Source of the DNA: Candidatus Omnitrophota bacterium
GTDB taxonomy: Bacteria; Omnitrophota; Gorgyraeia; B26-G9
Assembly: GCA_018817165.1 (NCBI GenBank)
Contig: JAHITY010000118.1
Span: forward strand, 6,526-70,525
Direction of reading: 5' to 3'
DNA: 64,000 nucleotides
The notes under the pieces are model-generated. The model saw nothing but the letters and a program-made list of their open reading frames with translations. It was not told where the DNA came from and searched no databases. Below, one piece after another: positions 1-10,151 of the stretch; position 1 is the stretch's first letter; every line of letters begins with the position of its first letter. The translations under genes and the position numbers were made by a program.

Positions 1-2
1 CT

Positions 3-3000
3 GGTTCGATTCAGAATATTTCGATGACATATTCAATCAATGGCGGATCAACCTATCCTAATGTTATCGCTGCTTCTGTAAACGCATCTTTGGGGGCTTA
101 TCCATGGGCAATTCCCGACGCGATCGGCAATCAGGTGAGAGTAAGAATAACGGATACAGCTAATTCAACGGTTTATGACAGTTCTGATGCTAATTTCTCA
201 ATCAAAGGTGTATTGCATCTAGATACGCCAAATGGCGGAGAAGTGCTGGAAGTTGGCTCAAGCCGAAATATAACCTGGACAGTTACTGGTTCAATTTCCA
301 ATGTTAAATTGGAATATTCAGTTGATGCCGGGGCAACTTATCCGAATGTGATCACAGCATCTTTGAACGCGGCTTTAGGCACATATGCTTGGAGTGTGCC
401 GGATAATTTGACTACACAGGCTAGAGTGAAGATAACCAATCTATCAGATCCAACTGTATATGATCAGTCAGATGCTGATTTTGATATTATTGGTCAGCTG
501 ATTATTTCAGCGCCAAATGGCGGGGAAGTTTGGCCAGTAGGTACATCCCAAGCAATTTCTTGGGTAACCATGGGTTCAATTGTCGATGTTAAATTAGATC
601 TATCGACAAATGGCGGAGTTACTTATCCCACGGTTATAACAGCAAGCACAGCGGCGAATATTGGTTCATATAGCTGGATGATTCCGGACGCGATATCGAT
701 TGCTGCCCGGATAAAAATATCGGATATCAGTAATCCATCGGTAGTTAATGATGTATCTGACGCGAATTTCAAAATCAGAGGTAATCTGACATTAACCTAT
801 CCAAATGGCGGAGAAGTTTTGCTGATAAATGATAATCGAAATATTACCTGGACACGCTTTGGTTCAATTGTTAACGCGAGAATCGATTATTCGAAAGACG
901 GGGGAGGAACATTCCCCTACTCGATTATTGGTTCAGTAAACGCTGCATTGCAGACTTATGCTTGGAATGTGCCGGATGACCCAGGAACCTTGATCAGAGT
1001 GAAAATCGCGGACGCGGCGGATTTATCTGTATATGATGTTTCTGACGGAAACTTCATTATTCGCGGTGGATTCAGCATTATTACTCCAAATGGCGGCGAG
1101 CAATGGACAGTTAATTCAGTGCATGATATTACATGGACAACATTTGGAACGATAACGAATGTGCGTTTATCGTATTCAAGTAATAATGGTTCTAATTGGA
1201 CATTGATTACTGCTACAGTTCCTAATATTGATTTGTATTCATGGACAGTCCCGGATAGAATCTCTGAGCAATGTCTGGTAAGAGTATCCGATGTTAATGA
1301 CAGCGATGCGAATGATCTATCAAATGCCGCATTTAAAATCATTGGAACTTTGACATTGACAGCGCCAAATGGGGCAGAGCAATGGGGTGTTGCTACAGCC
1401 CAGAATATTAGCTGGACAATGAATGGAACAATCGCTAATGTGAAATTAGAATATTCAACTAATAGCGGAGCAACATATCCGAATTTGATCATCGCCTCAG
1501 CAGCCGGCGCGCCGCTAAATTATGTTTGGACAATTCCGGACGCGATTTATAATACTTTGAGAGTAAGAGTTTCTGATGTTTTGGACGTGAATGTTTATGA
1601 TACATCAGATGCTGATTTTAAAATCAAAGCTGATTTTACTTTATTGGTGCCAAATGGCGGAGAAACATGGGTAGTAAATTCCGCTCAAACCATATCCTGG
1701 ACTTCATCAGGAACAGTACCGAATATCAGACTGGATTATTCCTCTAATGCGGGTGCAAGCTGGACTGTAATATCATTGTCCCTGGCTAATGCAGGGTCAT
1801 ATTCCTGGACAGTTCCGGATGCTATTTCTAGCCAATGTAAGATCAAGGTAGCTAATGCGGCTGATACCAGTGCTTATGATGAATCAAATAATAGTTTCAA
1901 GATCAGAGGTGATTTGATCTTAACCGCGCCAAATGGCGGAGAAACATGGGCTGTGGGCGGTGTAAGGGTTATTACTTGGAATAGAGTCGGATCAATTGCT
2001 AATATATTGGTTGAATACTCAGATAATGGCGGAACAAATTTTGTGCCGATCATTGCTTCCACCCCTAATACCGGATCATATGCTTGGACAGTACCGGATT
2101 CAATTACAACTCAGGCTTTAGTGAGAATCACTAATCTTGCTGATCTAACGGTAACGGATACTTCGGCAGCGGTATTTAAAATCCAAGGCAGTTTCATGAT
2201 TAGCTCCCCAAATGGCGGCGAAGGCTGGAGAGTTGGAACTAATCAGAATATTAATTGGACCTGGAATGGAACATTACCGTTTGTTAAATTGGAATATTCA
2301 ATTAATAGCGGATCTACCTATAATTTAATAGCGGATAATTTACCGAATGTGGGAACCTATTCATGGTTAATTCCAGATGCTGTAGCCGGAACTTGTAGAA
2401 TAAAAGTATCTGATCCTAATGATTCACAGGCTTATGATATATCCAATGGTGATTTTCGGATCCGCTGCGGATTTACGCTGAGTACGCCAAATGGCGCGGA
2501 ACAATGGAGAGTCGGTTCAGTGCGTAATATTACTTGGGCCAGCGTGGGAACAGCGCCAACAGTTACTTTGCAGTATTCTCGCGATGATTTTGTAACTGAT
2601 ATCCAGCCGATTGTCAGCAATCAGGTAAATGTCGGCAGTTATGCTTGGACAATTCCGGATGCAATATCAGATAATGTGAAAGTTAAAGTACTTGATTCCA
2701 ATGATATCGGAGCTGCGGATTCTTCTAATGCTGTTTTTAGAATTACCGGAGATTTTACAGTAATTGCGCCAAATGGCGGGGAAATGTGGAATGTAAATGA
2801 TATTGAAAACATTACCTGGACCTGGCTGGGAACAATGTCCCAGGTGAGAATTGAATACTCAGTTGACGGTGGCGCAAGTTATCCGAATATTATTTCAGCA
2901 ACGAATAATGACGGAGTATATGAATGGCTTGTTCCGGATAGTATTACCGCCCAATTAAGAGTGCGGGTCAGTGATTTAGCAGATTCAACGGCTTATGATA

Positions 3001-4172
3001 CATCCAATGGCAATGCTAAGATCCGAGCGTTTTTTACAATGCTTACTCCTAATGGTTCAGAAATTATGACAGTTAACAATAGCTATGGAATCACCTGGAA
3101 TAGTGTAGGCACAGTGGCTAATGTTGATCTGCATTATTCAACAGACGATTTCTTGACTGCTAATGGGATTGTCGGCTCAACGCCAAACGATGGGGCTCAT
3201 ACCTGGACTGTTCCAGATTCAATATCAACTACAGTTAAAGTAAGAGTCAAGAGTTCGACGGATAGCGATGCTTACGATATTTCCAATGCTAATTTTAAAA
3301 TCCGAGGCGCGTTTACAGTTACTTCGCCGAATGGCGGGGAATTATGGGCAATTAATCAGGTCAGAAATATTACTTGGAACACCACTGGAACAATTGCTAC
3401 TGTAAGAATTATGTATTCAACTAATTCAGGAGCAACTTATCTAAATACAGTTACCAACAGCGCGGTTAATACTGAGACCTATGCTTGGACAGTTCCGGAT
3501 ACGGCTACAGCAAACGCTCGGATCAGAGTGCTGGATGCCGCGGATGCAACGGTGTATGATGATTCAGATGCTAATTTCAGAATGCAGGGATTCTTTACTT
3601 TGAATGCGCCAAATGGCGGGGAGTATTGGATTGTTGGCTCTAGTCATAATATTACCTGGACATGGGGCGGAACTTTAGCCAGCGCAAAACTTTCTTATTC
3701 AACAGACAGCGGCATAACTTATCCGAATGTGATTAATGCCGCAGCCCCAAATGGCGCGGGAAGCGGCGGAACATTTAATTATGCTTGGACAGTACCGGAT
3801 AATATTTCCCTAACAGTCAAAGTAAAGGTGGAAGATCCAAATGATAATACTGTATTTGATGTATCTGATGATGATCTGACTATTGGCGGACAGATTATTC
3901 TTACCAGCCCGAATGGCGGAGAACGCTGGATAACCCGAGAATCGCACCCAATTACCTGGACAACAGCGGGAACCGTTCCGATTGTGGATATTAGATATTC
4001 CAAAGATAATTTTGGATTGAATAATATCTCAATAGTCAGCGGACAAGTTAATATTAATTCATATGCTTGGAGTGTGCCGGATGACAGATCATCTACTGTG
4101 AAAGTAAGAATACTTGATCCGCGTGACCCAACCAATACCTATGATGATTCAAACGCTAATTTTAAAATCGAT
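3..4172 (+). repeat. Coding tandem array of ~290-bp Ig-like domain repeats (14 full plus 1 partial)
   Basis: Recurrent ccaaatggcgg(a/g)ga and tatgcttggacagt motifs; PNG(G/A/S)E counted 14 times in the translation. Confidence 0.9.
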
Positions 4173-6464
4173 TATTATACTATTTCGTTTGAGATCCGTG
4201 ATTTGATCACCAATGAAGAATTGTCAACTTTAACGGTTGACGCGTCATCAAATTTAGGTGATATCTGGGCAACAGCAACCATGCCGAATAATCCAGGAGC
4301 GCCTTTAGGTTCACCAGTTACAGTTGATTTACCGTATGGCTTATGGACAGCGGTATGGTCAAAAGTTAGTTTTGGAGATAAACAGGCAAGCTTTGAAGTC
4401 AACGCGGATAAAGCAATAGATACTCTGTATATGGAAACAACAGTTATTCATATATGGCGGGCATATTCAGAAGTTACCTATGAGGCAACCAATGATGTGC
4501 TGAAAATAGCTTCCTGGCTAGAAAGAGATGGATATGCGGTATCTGGCGCGGAAACAGTAACGATTGATGTATATAATGATGATGGAGTTTTGGTACACAG
4601 CTTATTTTCCGATACTCCGAATGCCGCGGGATTTTTCAATTTAAAATGGAATGCTCCCACTGGGTTATTGCCATCAGTAGTATATACGGTTGTTACTAAA
4701 ATAACTAATGCTTCAGGCGCGGAATTTAAGACTCCGACTTCATTTAATATTACAGAAACTCAACAGCTGGTTGCTACTCAAGCAGCGATGGAAAGCATGC
4801 GTGATGTTACATTGCCGGCTTTTCAATCAGGAGTTGAAGCAACGATCAATGCGGGTATTGCTGAACAAAAAACATTGATTGATACTAAGATGACTGAGCA
4901 GACAAATATTATTGATACAAAAACAACACAAATGCAACAGTCGGTTGATGCTAGTATGACGGCTTTTGAAACCAGATCGCAGGTCGCGATTGATCAGTTA
5001 CAAGAAGGTGCTGACCAGGCAACTGCGGCTGGAGCAGAGCTGGAAACTATTGCTAAACGTCAATCAGGGGAATTGATTCTGCCGACAACCGTACTGACCG
5101 GCGGAACAGTTAATATTCGTTTTAGAATAGCTTCGGGATTAATGCCATTGATGGATGTTATTAGTTATGATGGAACAATGCTGAGAAATCAACAGATATT
5201 GACTGAATCAACATCAGTTGCTGGTTTATACGGATATGATTTGTATATTGATGGTACTCAGTTTAAACCAGGTAAAGCGTTTACAGTAGTTGTAACGGAA
5301 AATTCAACCGGAAATTTACAGGCTGGGTCTGTAATGGTTGAGTCAACATCATTAACATCGATTGAAGGTTTAGCATCGTCTATCCCTCAGGTTAAATCGA
5401 TTGCGGATCAGACTTTGCAAGCGGTTGACGCATTGAAAAATACATTAGCAACCGGAGGAGATATCGGAAAGGCGCTTTCTAGTTTACAAGATTCTGTTGA
5501 TGATCTGCCAGCTTTAATGGCTAAAGAAGGCCCCAGCGCGAAAATGGCGGAAGATATTAATGCTTTGATGGAGCGCTTACAGGCTTTTGCCGGTGAAGAA
5601 GGTTATGATATTTCAGCGATGGTTGAGGACGCATTGAGTAATTCACCGACAATGAAAGAAATCAAGAGCAGAACGGAAAGTATTAAGAGTATTGTTAATT
5701 TCTTGCAGCAGTTGTTTGAGCACAAGTTTGGCGGAATGGAAGATGAGCCAATGGTTTCAACCTCATTGTCAACTGGTAGTTTGGTGGTAAATGTGGTTGC
5801 GGCTAATCCATCGAGCACTATGTCGCAGATCACAAAGGTAAAAGTTTATTTACCTAAAGAAGTCACTCCGAATGATATAATGGATACAGGCGGATTGGAT
5901 GTTGAGTTTGACGCGAATCAATCAATATACTATGTATTTAAAGATAGAATAGAACTTGCTCCTAAAGAAGTTCGCGTATTCAAAGTTGAGATAGAAGATA
6001 TCTGGATTATTCCGCAGACAAGTTTGGATGTGCTTAAACTTAGAGCAACGAAACTTGCCAGTGCTCTGGAATCAACAGAGTATGCACAAGCAACTAGTAA
6101 GCTAGCTGAGAAAACATATGCAGCGGTTGATGAAGTAATTGCCAAGCAGAATGATATTACGCTGAGCCGAGAGCAGCATATTGGGGCTTATCGGGCAAAT
6201 ATTCTGATGATTGATAAGCTAAAAGCAGAACTTACAGATATGGAAAAATTGATGATTGTCAATCCCGATGAGGTAGGCGCTCTTTCACCGGCAATGACTT
6301 GGAAGATCATTATTATCGTAATACTGTTTATCGGATTGCTGGCAGTGGTATTCTTCTTTACTTGGTATCGCAAAGCTGGATTAACGCAGGATGTGCTTTC
6401 TAAAGCAAAACAGTTTTCTTTTCCTGAAGAAGGGGACACTGAAAAGGAAAAAGAAAAGAAATAG
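3..6464 (+). CDS. Giant repetitive surface protein or adhesin, 5'-partial: tandem Ig-like repeats, helical stalk, C-terminal membrane anchor
   Basis: The frame is open from the window edge, so the ATG at 24 is internal. It has 14 complete ~96-aa units (PNGGE-x-W...ITW...YS...G.Y.W.VPD...D.S...F.I) resembling Kre9/KNH-like Ig domains, and a C-terminal hydrophobic helix WKIIIIVILFIGLLAVVFFFTWY followed by a charged tail. Confidence 0.85.
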   Translation, partial: GSIQNISMTYSINGGSTYPNVIAASVNASLGAYPWAIPDAIGNQVRVRITDTANSTVYDSSDANFSIKGVLHLDTPNGGEVLEVGSSRNITWTVTGSISNVKLEYSVDAGATYPNVITASLNAALGTYAWSVPDNLTTQARVKITNLSDPTVYDQSDADFDIIGQLIISAPNGGEVWPVGTSQAISWVTMGSIVDVKLDLSTNGGVTYPTVITASTAANIGSYSWMIPDAISIAARIKISDISNPSVVNDVSDANFKIRGNLTLTYPNGGEVLLINDNRNITWTRFGSIVNARIDYSKDGGGTFPYSIIGSVNAALQTYAWNVPDDPGTLIRVKIADAADLSVYDVSDGNFIIRGGFSIITPNGGEQWTVNSVHDITWTTFGTITNVRLSYSSNNGSNWTLITATVPNIDLYSWTVPDRISEQCLVRVSDVNDSDANDLSNAAFKIIGTLTLTAPNGAEQWGVATAQNISWTMNGTIANVKLEYSTNSGATYPNLIIASAAGAPLNYVWTIPDAIYNTLRVRVSDVLDVNVYDTSDADFKIKADFTLLVPNGGETWVVNSAQTISWTSSGTVPNIRLDYSSNAGASWTVISLSLANAGSYSWTVPDAISSQCKIKVANAADTSAYDESNNSFKIRGDLILTAPNGGETWAVGGVRVITWNRVGSIANILVEYSDNGGTNFVPIIASTPNTGSYAWTVPDSITTQALVRITNLADLTVTDTSAAVFKIQGSFMISSPNGGEGWRVGTNQNINWTWNGTLPFVKLEYSINSGSTYNLIADNLPNVGTYSWLIPDAVAGTCRIKVSDPNDSQAYDISNGDFRIRCGFTLSTPNGAEQWRVGSVRNITWASVGTAPTVTLQYSRDDFVTDIQPIVSNQVNVGSYAWTIPDAISDNVKVKVLDSNDIGAADSSNAVFRITGDFTVIAPNGGEMWNVNDIENITWTWLGTMSQVRIEYSVDGGASYPNIISATNNDGVYEWLVPDSITAQLRVRVSDLADSTAYDTSNGNAKIRAFFTMLTPNGSEIMTVNNSYGITWNSVGTVANVDLHYSTDDFLTANGIVGSTPNDGAHTWTVPDSISTTVKVRVKSSTDSDAYDISNANFKIRGAFTVTSPNGGELWAINQVRNITWNTTGTIATVRIMYSTNSGATYLNTVTNSAVNTETYAWTVPDTATANARIRVLDAADATVYDDSDANFRMQGFFTLNAPNGGEYWIVGSSHNITWTWGGTLASAKLSYSTDSGITYPNVINAAAPNGAGSGGTFNYAWTVPDNISLTVKVKVEDPNDNTVFDVSDDDLTIGGQIILTSPNGGERWITRESHPITWTTAGTVPIVDIRYSKDNFGLNNISIVSGQVNINSYAWSVPDDRSSTVKVRILDPRDPTNTYDDSNANFKIDYYTISFEIRDLITNEELSTLTVDASSNLGDIWATATMPNNPGAPLGSPVTVDLPYGLWTAVWSKVSFGDKQASFEVNADKAIDTLYMETTVIHIWRAYSEVTYEATNDVLKIASWLERDGYAVSGAETVTIDVYNDDGVLVHSLFSDTPNAAGFFNLKWNAPTGLLPSVVYTVVTKITNASGAEFKTPTSFNITETQQLVATQAAMESMRDVTLPAFQSGVEATINAGIAEQKTLIDTKMTEQTNIIDTKTTQMQQSVDASMTAFETRSQVAIDQLQEGADQATAAGAELETIAKRQSGELILPTTVLTGGTVNIRFRIASGLMPLMDVISYDGTMLRNQQILTESTSVAGLYGYDLYIDGTQFKPGKAFTVVVTENSTGNLQAGSVMVESTSLTSIEGLASSIPQVKSIADQTLQAVDALKNTLATGGDIGKALSSLQDSVDDLPALMAKEGPSAKMAEDINALMERLQAFAGEEGYDISAMVEDALSNSPTMKEIKSRTESIKSIVNFLQQLFEHKFGGMEDEPMVSTSLSTGSLVVNVVAANPSSTMSQITKVKVYLPKEVTPNDIMDTGGLDVEFDANQSIYYVFKDRIELAPKEVRVFKVEIEDIWIIPQTSLDVLKLRATKLASALESTEYAQATSKLAEKTYAAVDEVIAKQNDITLSREQHIGAYRANILMIDKLKAELTDMEKLMIVNPDEVGALSPAMTWKIIIIVILFIGLLAVVFFFTWYRKAGLTQDVLSKAKQFSFPEEGDTEKEKEKK

Positions 6465-6476
6465 TGATCAAAGGAC

Positions 6477-6564
6477 TCCGAAATGACTGCTAGGCCGCAG
6501 TCATTTTGGACTAAATTCGCGCAGGCTGACTTGACGTCACAAAAAACGTTCCGTAAGTCAGGCG
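6477..6564. repeat. Structured repeat family A, copy 1 (3' end truncated)
   Basis: Hairpin TCCGAAATGACTGC-TAGGCC-GCAGTCATTTTGGA, then TAAATTC, then a CTGACTT...AAGTCAG hairpin. 6487-6564 is identical to 6589-6666. Confidence 0.9.
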
Positions 6565-6568
6565 AAAT

Positions 6569-6673
6569 AATAATGATTCCAAAAGTGCCTGCTAGGCCGC
6601 AGTCATTTTGGACTAAATTCGCGCAGGCTGACTTGACGTCACAAAAAACGTTCCGTAAGTCAGGCGCTCATTT
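6569..6673. repeat. Structured repeat family A, copy 2 (tandem, 102-bp period)
   Basis: 78-bp exact duplicate of copy 1; ends GCGCTCATTT. Confidence 0.9.
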
Positions 6674-6719
6674 TAAAATGTCCGAAGGACGAAAAAGCAA
6701 AAGCTGCGGGACGAAGGAC

Positions 6720-6869
6720 GCAAAAACATGAAAGCGCTTGGCTGATGGCAAAAATTCTCTTTGAGCGGCGCTTTCGAACTTAATTTTGACAAGGATGTCA
6801 AAATAGTGAGAACGCGCGGCTGGGCCTGCACGACGCAGGCTCAGGCTTAGCGAAAAGATGTGTTTTTGC
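6720..6869 (+). ncRNA. Candidate multibranch structured RNA or DNA element
   Basis: Closing stem GCAAAAACA/TGTTTTTGC encloses three hairpins: GAAAGCGC/GCGCTTTC, ATTTTGACA/TGTCAAAAT and CTGGGCCTGC/GCAGGCTCAG. Confidence 0.4.
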
Positions 6870-7131
6870 CTAATACGCACGACTTACGACGCATTTTTTT
6901 TAAAAAAGTATATCGTATTGAGTATAGGGTTTAGAGTTTTTAAAAAGTATCCTTGTCACATAACGGCGGGACAGGCAACTATATTAAGACAAAACATTAG
7001 ATTATAGGTGTAACAAGAAGCACGAATAATGAGCACTCGTTTATTTGCTAAGAAGGTGGATTTTTTCGTCTCTCGTTCTTCGTCTTAGCGAAGCGCTCGT
7101 TTTTCGGCTTCAAAGGGGGCAAAGGATTGCA

Positions 7132-7383
7132 ATGGGGGAAAAGTTATTAAATGTAACAGTGTTAAACCCGGAAAAGATTGTTTTTCAGGGTAAGGCAGAA
7201 CGCTTAATTCTGCCTGGGGAAAGTGGGGTATTCGAAATCCTGCCATTTCATAAACAACTTTTAAGTCGATTGCTAACAGGTACGATTATAATTGATGAAC
7301 AAATGATTCCTATTTACCGCGGAGTGGTACAGGTAGGGGGGAATTCTGTGACTGTTATTATCGAAGAAAAAAGAAGCACTTAA
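7132..7383 (+). CDS. atpC: F1 ATPase epsilon-like subunit (N-terminal beta-sandwich only, 83 aa)
   Basis: LNVTVLNPEKIVF...LPGESGVFEILPFH matches the epsilon N-terminal domain. The ATG at 7132 follows a purine-rich RBS. The C-terminal helices are absent. Confidence 0.8.
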   Translation: MGEKLLNVTVLNPEKIVFQGKAERLILPGESGVFEILPFHKQLLSRLLTGTIIIDEQMIPIYRGVVQVGGNSVTVIIEEKRST

Positions 7384-7416
7384 AAATTAGAGGACTAATT
7401 AGGAAGGTAAATTATT

Positions 7417-7635
7417 ATGGCAAGACAAATAATATTGCTCATGGTTTTTGCTTTGTGTATATTAGGGCCATGCGGGGTTATGGCTGCGGCGGCTTTTGCC
7501 AGCATCAGTGCTTTGGGAAGAAATCCATCAGCCGCGCCGAAAATTTTTACAGCAATGACTATAACTCTGATTTTCGCTGAAGCATTGGCAATTATCGCGA
7601 TGTTAATAATATTTCAATTGTTTCAAACTGGCTAA
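7417..7635 (+). CDS. atpE: Fo subunit c-like proteolipid (divergent)
   Basis: Two hydrophobic helices, an RNP loop and the conserved carboxylate in FAEALAI. The GxGxGxG motif is degenerate. Confidence 0.85.
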   Translation: MARQIILLMVFALCILGPCGVMAAAAFASISALGRNPSAAPKIFTAMTITLIFAEALAIIAMLIIFQLFQTG

Positions 7636-7683
7636 AGGATATAATCGCGCAATAAGTTTATTTGTGTTGGATGCGGTCAAATA

Positions 7684-7712
7684 ATGACTTATTAATACTT
7701 TTTCGGTATAAT
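7684..7712 (+). promoter_or_regulatory. Possible sigma70 promoter at the start of repeat B copy 1
   Basis: ATGACT-N17-TATAAT. Confidence 0.4.
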
Positions 7713-7903
7713 AAGAAAGACGTGTTGACACTGGGCAAGGTTTAATGGGAACGAAGCCCGTATCGGTAAAGTTTAACGGTTTAGGCTAAAACAATAAATT
7801 TTAATACGGCAGACGTTACCGCAAGACGAAACGGGCATCGTAACCTTGACCGCAACATTTTAAAGTTGTAATTGTAAACAGGCCTTTGTTAGAGTTTACA
7901 TAA
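7706..7903. repeat. Structured repeat family B, copy 1 (long form)
   Basis: Imperfect inverted repeat ACGAAGCCCGTATCG (7751-7765) ... CGAAACGGGCATCGT (7827-7841). About 195 bp align closely with 10152-10350. Confidence 0.9.
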
Positions 7904-7935
7904 AAAAACTGATTTGATAACCATAGGGGTGCTAA

Positions 7936-8670
7936 ATGATTATAGTTAGTTTTATCCTTTTACAGATTTTTATTTTTGGAGGACTTGCTTTTTTTCTCAA
8001 ACATTTGCTTACGAGAAATGTAACCAGCGCGACGTCTCATCTTCAGGGGATGATAAAGGAGAATACCGATAAACAAGAAGAAATGCAGAAGAAGATTGAA
8101 CAAGCGGAAAAAGAATACACGGCGAAGATTAAGAAAGCAAAAGATGAAGCAGAACAAATTGAGAAACAATGCCGCAAAGAAATAGAACAGGAAAGAGATA
8201 AAATTATCACTCAAGCACATGTCCAAAGTGAAGAACTGATGACGCGGGCTAAGAAAACTTGCGAAACTATTGTGGCTGAAATGAATAAAAATGTTAATGA
8301 TAAGGCAGTGGAACGCGCGGCTGAATTAATCTGCAAAGTTTTGCCGGAAAAAAATTGTCGAGATATTCATGAAGAATGGGTAAGGTCTTTAATTAATCAG
8401 GGGTTAAATAGTTTAGATCGGCTGCGGATACCGAATGATGTATCTCAGGTTGAAGTTATTACAGCTTTCGCTTTGACTGAACAGGAAAAAGCGGATTTAC
8501 ATAAACATCTTGTGGATCATTTGGATTTAGATTTATCAATTGAGGCAAATGTTCAGCCAGAAATTGTTGCGGGGATAATTATTAATATTGGAACATTAGT
8601 TCTTGACGGCAGCTTTGCAAATAAGATCAGGGAGGTAGTACATGAGTCATTCACCGGAACCGCAGAATAA
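7936..8670 (+). CDS. atpF: Fo subunit b / F1 delta fusion-like peripheral stalk protein
   Basis: N-terminal TM helix, a long charged coiled coil and a delta-like C-terminus (VITAFAL...PEIVAGIIINIGTLVLDGS). Confidence 0.8.
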   Translation: MIIVSFILLQIFIFGGLAFFLKHLLTRNVTSATSHLQGMIKENTDKQEEMQKKIEQAEKEYTAKIKKAKDEAEQIEKQCRKEIEQERDKIITQAHVQSEELMTRAKKTCETIVAEMNKNVNDKAVERAAELICKVLPEKNCRDIHEEWVRSLINQGLNSLDRLRIPNDVSQVEVITAFALTEQEKADLHKHLVDHLDLDLSIEANVQPEIVAGIIINIGTLVLDGSFANKIREVVHESFTGTAE

Positions 8671-10135
8671 AACTCATGATATAAAGTTTGACGTAAAGGA
8701 AGTCGGACGGGTAAAGGCTGTGCGCGAGTTTATTGTTTTAGCGGAAGATATGCCTTCCTGTGTTAATGGTCAAATTGTTGAATTTGCCAATAACTTGCGT
8801 GGGATTGTGATGGGATTTACGCAGGATGAGGTGCAGATCCTGATGCTTGGGCCAAAAGCGCAAATCCGCGCTGGCGATAAAGTATATAGTAAAGCAAAAT
8901 CTCTGTATTTGCCTGTAGGAGATGGTTTTGTCGGGAGAGTTGTTAATGCTTTGTGTGAACCAGTTGATGGGCAAGGCGAAATTAAAACTGATGATATGTT
9001 TCCGGTATTCAAAGATGCTCCGGGAATTATGGAGCGTGATACTGTTGAACGGACTTTAGAATCCGGCACCAGGATTATTGACGCGATTATGCCATTGGCA
9101 CTTGGTCAAAGGCAGCTTTTAGTCGGCGATCGGCAAACCGGTAAATCCTCGGTAACAACTGACGCTATCATAAATCAAAAAGGAAAAGATGTTATCTGCA
9201 TCTATTGTGTTATTGGAAAAACTTATTCTGGATTAGTAAAAACAATTGAATTATTTAAAGAACATAAAGTTTTTGAGTACACGATGATTGTCAGCGGGAT
9301 TGCCTCAACTTCTGTTGGCGAACAATATTTAGCGCCGTATACAGCGGCAATGATCGGCGAATATTTTATGCAACAGGGCAAAGACGTTTTAGTTGTTTTT
9401 GATGATTTAACGCGACATGCCTGGATCTATCGTCAGATCTCATTGTTGTTAAAACGCGCTCCTGGCAGAGAAGCTTATCCCGGTGATATTTTTTATACCC
9501 ATTCGCAGCTTATGGAAAGAGCCGGGCAGATGAGCAAGGCTTTGGGTGGAGGATCAATGACTTTTCTGCCGATTGTGGAAACTTTACAAGGTGATGTGGC
9601 TGGTTTTATTCCGACTAATCTTGTTTCAATGACCGATGGACAAATTTATTTTAGTTCGGCTTTATTTAATAAAGGTTTTAGACCGGCAATTGATGTTGGA
9701 CTTTCAGTATCGCGTATTGGAAATAGAGCTCAGTGGCCAGCAGTAAAAGGGCCGAGCCGTAGTTTGCGGATGGAATTTTTACAATATAAAGAGTTAGTGG
9801 CAATGACGCAGTTAAGAACTACAGAATTATCAAAAGAAGCGGAAAAAAAGTTACGGCGAGGAGAAGCAATTACCGAACTATTGATTCAAGATAAAAATAA
9901 ACCGGTATCAATGGAGCATCAGGTAGTGGATATGTACGCGCTTAATCGAGAAGTATTAGATGAATTATCGGTTGAGCAAATTAGAAAATTTAAATTAGAT
10001 TTTTATGAAAAAATTAAAGAATGGTTTCCTAATTTCTCTACAAATCTAAGGGATACTAAAATTATTGTTGATGAAAGCATTGCTAATCTTGAAGAAGCGA
10101 TTTCTTTTTATTTTAATCAGGACCAAGAAAAGTAG
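8642..10135 (+). CDS. atpA: F1 ATPase alpha subunit (divergent)
   Basis: GDRQTGKS Walker A, RAPGREAYPGDIFY, TDGQIY, GLSVSRIG. Confidence 0.95.
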   Translation: MSHSPEPQNKTHDIKFDVKEVGRVKAVREFIVLAEDMPSCVNGQIVEFANNLRGIVMGFTQDEVQILMLGPKAQIRAGDKVYSKAKSLYLPVGDGFVGRVVNALCEPVDGQGEIKTDDMFPVFKDAPGIMERDTVERTLESGTRIIDAIMPLALGQRQLLVGDRQTGKSSVTTDAIINQKGKDVICIYCVIGKTYSGLVKTIELFKEHKVFEYTMIVSGIASTSVGEQYLAPYTAAMIGEYFMQQGKDVLVVFDDLTRHAWIYRQISLLLKRAPGREAYPGDIFYTHSQLMERAGQMSKALGGGSMTFLPIVETLQGDVAGFIPTNLVSMTDGQIYFSSALFNKGFRPAIDVGLSVSRIGNRAQWPAVKGPSRSLRMEFLQYKELVAMTQLRTTELSKEAEKKLRRGEAITELLIQDKNKPVSMEHQVVDMYALNREVLDELSVEQIRKFKLDFYEKIKEWFPNFSTNLRDTKIIVDESIANLEEAISFYFNQDQEK

Positions 10136-10151
10136 AAGCAATTAGTAATTT

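Noticed and set aside
956-6439. Multiple minus-strand ORFs opposite the giant gene (and similar short antisense ORFs across the window)
   Set aside because: Shadow frames of strongly supported + strand genes; no recognisable motifs.
6477-6673. Possible CRISPR array
   Set aside because: Only two adjacent units; the repeat is 78 bp or longer; there are no unique spacers and no cas genes.
6483-6731. 82-aa ORF with an internal duplication
   Set aside because: It is the translation of the tandem family A repeat (102 bp is a multiple of 3). Other copies do not preserve a coding frame.
7045-7131. TTG-start N-terminal extension of epsilon
   Set aside because: It overlaps repeat-like DNA, and homology begins at the ATG at 7132, which has an RBS.
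7706-7903. Family B as integron attC sites
   Set aside because: No RYYYAAC...GTTRRRY box arrangement; the mismatches are symmetric rather than extrahelical; there is no integrase; the flanking genes are core operon genes.
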